Positions 61,246 to 64,000 of a stretch of 64,000 bases of DNA are shown in pieces. A model generated the notes under the pieces. That model was not told the origin of the DNA. It did not search any database and was given only the letters and a program-made list of their open reading frames with translations. The position numbers were made by a program, and so were the translations under genes. Every line of letters begins with the position of its first letter. Positions within the stretch are counted from its first letter, which is position 1. The stretch is from a virus: positions 1 through 64,000 of the IMG/VR virus record IMGVR_UViG_3300020439_000003; one strand, 5' to 3'.

Positions 61246-61933
61246 ATTGCTTACGGTCGCTGGGTACATCACGGGGATACATGCAAGGGATAGACATTGA
61301 TAGACGCTTACCACCAGGGAATGGTTTGTGATACGTTCTAGCAGGGATGTACATAACATCTCCCTCCTGTAATACTGTATCCAGAGCGATAGTTAGTTCC
61401 TGACCTGCCTTGTCTGGTAGATAAGGTTCGTCTGTCATTTCGATCAGACCACTACATCTCTCCTCGTATACATTCCAGTGTGTTTCACCTTCAATCTGAC
61501 AAATAAAGTTAGGTGGTAGATCCCAGTGAGCACCAAATGACTTGCTGCCCTCCTTAGCACTACCAAATATATGTGCGTCACAATTACAATCAAACATCGC
61601 TTCAATGTTCTCCAACAGATTATCTACTGCTGGATTGTAATGACCATACTGTTCAATGATAAATGTATGACCTTCATTGATTGCTTGGAATAGTTCTTCC
61701 TTGTGTGCCACACCTTGTTCATACCATACTTCAAATTTCTCAGGTAGCATCAATCGACGACCCTCAAAGTTGAGGATCTGGGTTCTATAATACCATGGAT
61801 TATTAAAACAGTGTGTGACTGTATCCCAGTTGACATACTGTGAGAGATTATCTAATGCCTTACGCCATACCTTTGGTTTATCACCACACACAAACTCCTT
61901 AGGATTGAGGAATGGTAGTATCAATTTATTCAT
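61229..61933 (-). CDS. JmjC / cupin_4 (YcfD/ROXA-like) oxygenase (start MNKLIL)
   Basis: SFGAHWD..NFICQIEGETHW...LQEGDVMYIPARTYH...RLSMS. Confidence 0.85.
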   Translation of the reverse strand: MNKLILPFLNPKEFVCGDKPKVWRKALDNLSQYVNWDTVTHCFNNPWYYRTQILNFEGRRLMLPEKFEVWYEQGVAHKEELFQAINEGHTFIIEQYGHYNPAVDNLLENIEAMFDCNCDAHIFGSAKEGSKSFGAHWDLPPNFICQIEGETHWNVYEERCSGLIEMTDEPYLPDKAGQELTIALDTVLQEGDVMYIPARTYHKPFPGGKRLSMSIPCMYPRDVPSDRKQYVIEF

Positions 61934-62591
61934 GTAAATCACCCTCAGATTGGTCAATAGAACAACCTGCTACATTGATACTAATAGCAATACGTTCACC
62001 TACTGCTGGTTGTGTGCGATGCTTCAACCATGATGGGAAGATGAAGTAATCAAATGATTTTGAAGGTTGTGTGTTCCACTTCAAATCACTACCACAATGT
62101 GTTCCATCGTCAGAAATATCATAGTCAAATTCTAGTGGTGTCATGCGAAGAATATCTTCCAGAGGATTCTTGAATTGAAGATGACCATGCTCTGGATCTT
62201 TCTGCAAGTGATAAACAATACTCACATGTGATTTACTACGTTGACCACTGATGTGACAATGTTCTCCTGTTGTATCACCATCGTTATGCAAATTTGCCCA
62301 CATACTATCAATGTAGACATGCAAATCTCTCCTATAATTTAGTGTCCACTTCCAATACTCATGAGCAGCAACCATCACTGGATGTAGCATCCAGTCAAAC
62401 TCTTCATGGTCAAATAGTTCTTTACCACCTAACAATCCACCAGTAGACTTACCGTCTTCTAGTGCCCATGAACCACGAGTAGTTTTCGACCAGTATTCAT
62501 CGTAGAGTAATCTCTTAGTTGCTTCTAACTGCTCGGGGGTTGGTTCTATGCTGCCACGACAGATAGGAGTATCAAATAGTCTGCTTAGCAT
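61926..62591 (-). CDS. 2OG-Fe(II) oxygenase, TIGR02466-like
   Basis: LFDTPI, MWANLH, EHCH, FIFPSWLKH and RIAISIN. Confidence 0.85.
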   Translation of the reverse strand: MLSRLFDTPICRGSIEPTPEQLEATKRLLYDEYWSKTTRGSWALEDGKSTGGLLGGKELFDHEEFDWMLHPVMVAAHEYWKWTLNYRRDLHVYIDSMWANLHNDGDTTGEHCHISGQRSKSHVSIVYHLQKDPEHGHLQFKNPLEDILRMTPLEFDYDISDDGTHCGSDLKWNTQPSKSFDYFIFPSWLKHRTQPAVGERIAISINVAGCSIDQSEGDLHE

Positions 62592-63249
62592 TCTTCCTAA
62601 TAGTATTGTACAAGTTTTCCTTGTTTCTCACTGGTACGAAATTAAATGAGATACTAATTCTATCATCCTCTGTCTGATTGTCTCGCACAGCATGAGGAAC
62701 CCATGCAGGAAATAAGAATAGTCTACCAGCAAGTGGTGGATATTCATATGTAGTATCAGTATGTGGCACTGCTGCGGTAGACATATCCTCAGCAATACCA
62801 AGAGAATGGATTAGATAACCCTCAGTATGATCCTTATAGAATACTAACTTACCACACTCACCCTCTGGTACTTTGACATAAAAGACACCAGACATCACAG
62901 CACCAGGATGTACATGGACCTCGTTATATCCTCCATGTCCATTGATGTTCATCCAGACATTTGCATACTCAATATGTGACATCTCTGCCCCATATGTACC
63001 AAATGCTATCTCTGCATTCTTTTTAATAACATACAGCAGTTTCTTAAACTCATCACCTTCAAGTGATTCGTCATTCAATATCTGCTCACCCAAATAATCG
63101 GGAGACTGATAGTTCAGTTCTCCACGATTACTACGGTATTGACCTTCATTATTGTTCGCAATATCGAGAACAATATCAGTCATTGCATTGACATCAATAT
63201 CTAGATCAGTCCACCACACAGGCGTGGGGAAAATATAATCAAGATTCAT
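62572..63249 (-). CDS. 2OG-Fe(II) oxygenase, TIGR02466-like
   Basis: IFPTPV, WMNIN, HVHPGAVMSGVFY, LFPAWVPH and RISISFN. Confidence 0.9.
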   Translation of the reverse strand: MNLDYIFPTPVWWTDLDIDVNAMTDIVLDIANNNEGQYRSNRGELNYQSPDYLGEQILNDESLEGDEFKKLLYVIKKNAEIAFGTYGAEMSHIEYANVWMNINGHGGYNEVHVHPGAVMSGVFYVKVPEGECGKLVFYKDHTEGYLIHSLGIAEDMSTAAVPHTDTTYEYPPLAGRLFLFPAWVPHAVRDNQTEDDRISISFNFVPVRNKENLYNTIRKNAKQTI

Positions 63250-63734
63250 TACTTAGTCTTATTCAGTTCTTCGTCAGTTGCTGCTTGATTGCTCTCCCAG
63301 TTACTAAACTTGGAGTAATCCTTACCTTTCTTACTGTAAGGAGAGTTGGTCTTAACTTTGACCAACTTACGCTTCTCTTGGATCTCACTTTCAATCCAAG
63401 GTTCAGGATCAACACCCATGACAAACTGACGGTAGAGGTTAAGTGTTTCCAGTCCACCTTCCAGTTTCACAATCTCATCACGAAGTGCATTCATTTGAGT
63501 GAAGTCAACACGAGTCTCTTCTCTATCAAATGACATTGCACTCAATGCTTCTTGGAGTTTAGAATACTCATTGTATTTCTCACGATGTTGATACATCAGG
63601 TTACGCCAGAGATCATCAAAAGACTTGACTGCTTCCTTTGCAGATTCAACTTCTTCGATGAGTTCGGGCGGAAGGTCCACTTCAAGTGCTTCTTCTAGCA
63701 CTTCTTGTGATACATTTTCCTCAGACATAATCAT
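63249..63734 (-). CDS. Acidic coiled-coil hypothetical protein (start MIMSEE)
   Basis: ATGA overlap with the upstream stop at 63731. Confidence 0.7.
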   Translation of the reverse strand: MIMSEENVSQEVLEEALEVDLPPELIEEVESAKEAVKSFDDLWRNLMYQHREKYNEYSKLQEALSAMSFDREETRVDFTQMNALRDEIVKLEGGLETLNLYRQFVMGVDPEPWIESEIQEKRKLVKVKTNSPYSKKGKDYSKFSNWESNQAATDEELNKTK

Positions 63735-64000
63735 TCCTTGTAAATAGTGTTCTTTTGGAACTGGTAGGACGACGGTAAAGTCATACACCAATCATACATC
63801 TCTTTGTCCCATTCGTCAAACCTCAGTTCTGCTGTTAGTAGTTCTTCGGCATCGACTCGCGGATCGAGACTGTTCTGTAACCTTTTCAGGGTCAACGTGT
63901 GATTATTTAGTGGGTTGAATCCCATGCCTGCTGCAATATACCTCAACCCATCATTGTGTGCTGGATCACCAGCAAACTCATAGAGCACATGCTTCTCGGA
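63731..64000 (-). CDS. 3' end of a probable tryptophan-halogenase-like flavin-dependent halogenase (partial)
   Basis: GLRYIAAGMGFNP...LPSSYQFQKNTIY resembles the C-terminus of PrnA-like cyanophage halogenases. The FAD motif is outside the window. Confidence 0.55.
   Translation of the reverse strand, partial: SEKHVLYEFAGDPAHNDGLRYIAAGMGFNPLNNHTLTLKRLQNSLDPRVDAEELLTAELRFDEWDKEMYDWCMTLPSSYQFQKNTIYKE

Noticed and set aside
1-64000. tRNA or rRNA genes
   Set aside because: No cloverleaf or rRNA-like sequence was recognised in the few intergenic gaps.

Overview
This window comes from a T4-like (Kyanoviridae-type) marine cyanophage genome, most likely a Synechococcus myovirus. All credible genes lie on the minus strand. 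Positions 1-47.7 kb are the baseplate/tail module: a tail fibre running off the left edge, VrlC/DUF4815, gp8, two accessory virion proteins, a YHYH protein, a 7078-aa gp7-like protein, gp6, gp25, a PAAR-like tip and a 1391-aa virion protein. The module carries TAAATA late promoters and a cUUCGg terminator. Positions 47.7-50 kb hold AbrB-like, NlpC/P60 and HNH genes, unannotated small ORFs and an AT-rich, promoter-dense junction. Positions 50-64 kb are an early/accessory region: six copies of an inverted-repeat plus sigma70 promoter motif, 11 2OG-Fe(II)/JmjC oxygenases, an SF2 helicase, a PD-(D/E)XK-like nuclease, a lysozyme and the probable tail end of a flavin-dependent halogenase. The most notable observation is that the giant gp7-like protein contains about 6-8 tandem helical repeats that align by eye to phycobiliprotein subunits. 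They retain the Cys84-like C-x-R-D bilin attachment motif and a beta-Cys155-like cysteine. This suggests a possibly bilin-chromophorylated, light-responsive virion structure. All assignments were made by eye; no searches were run.
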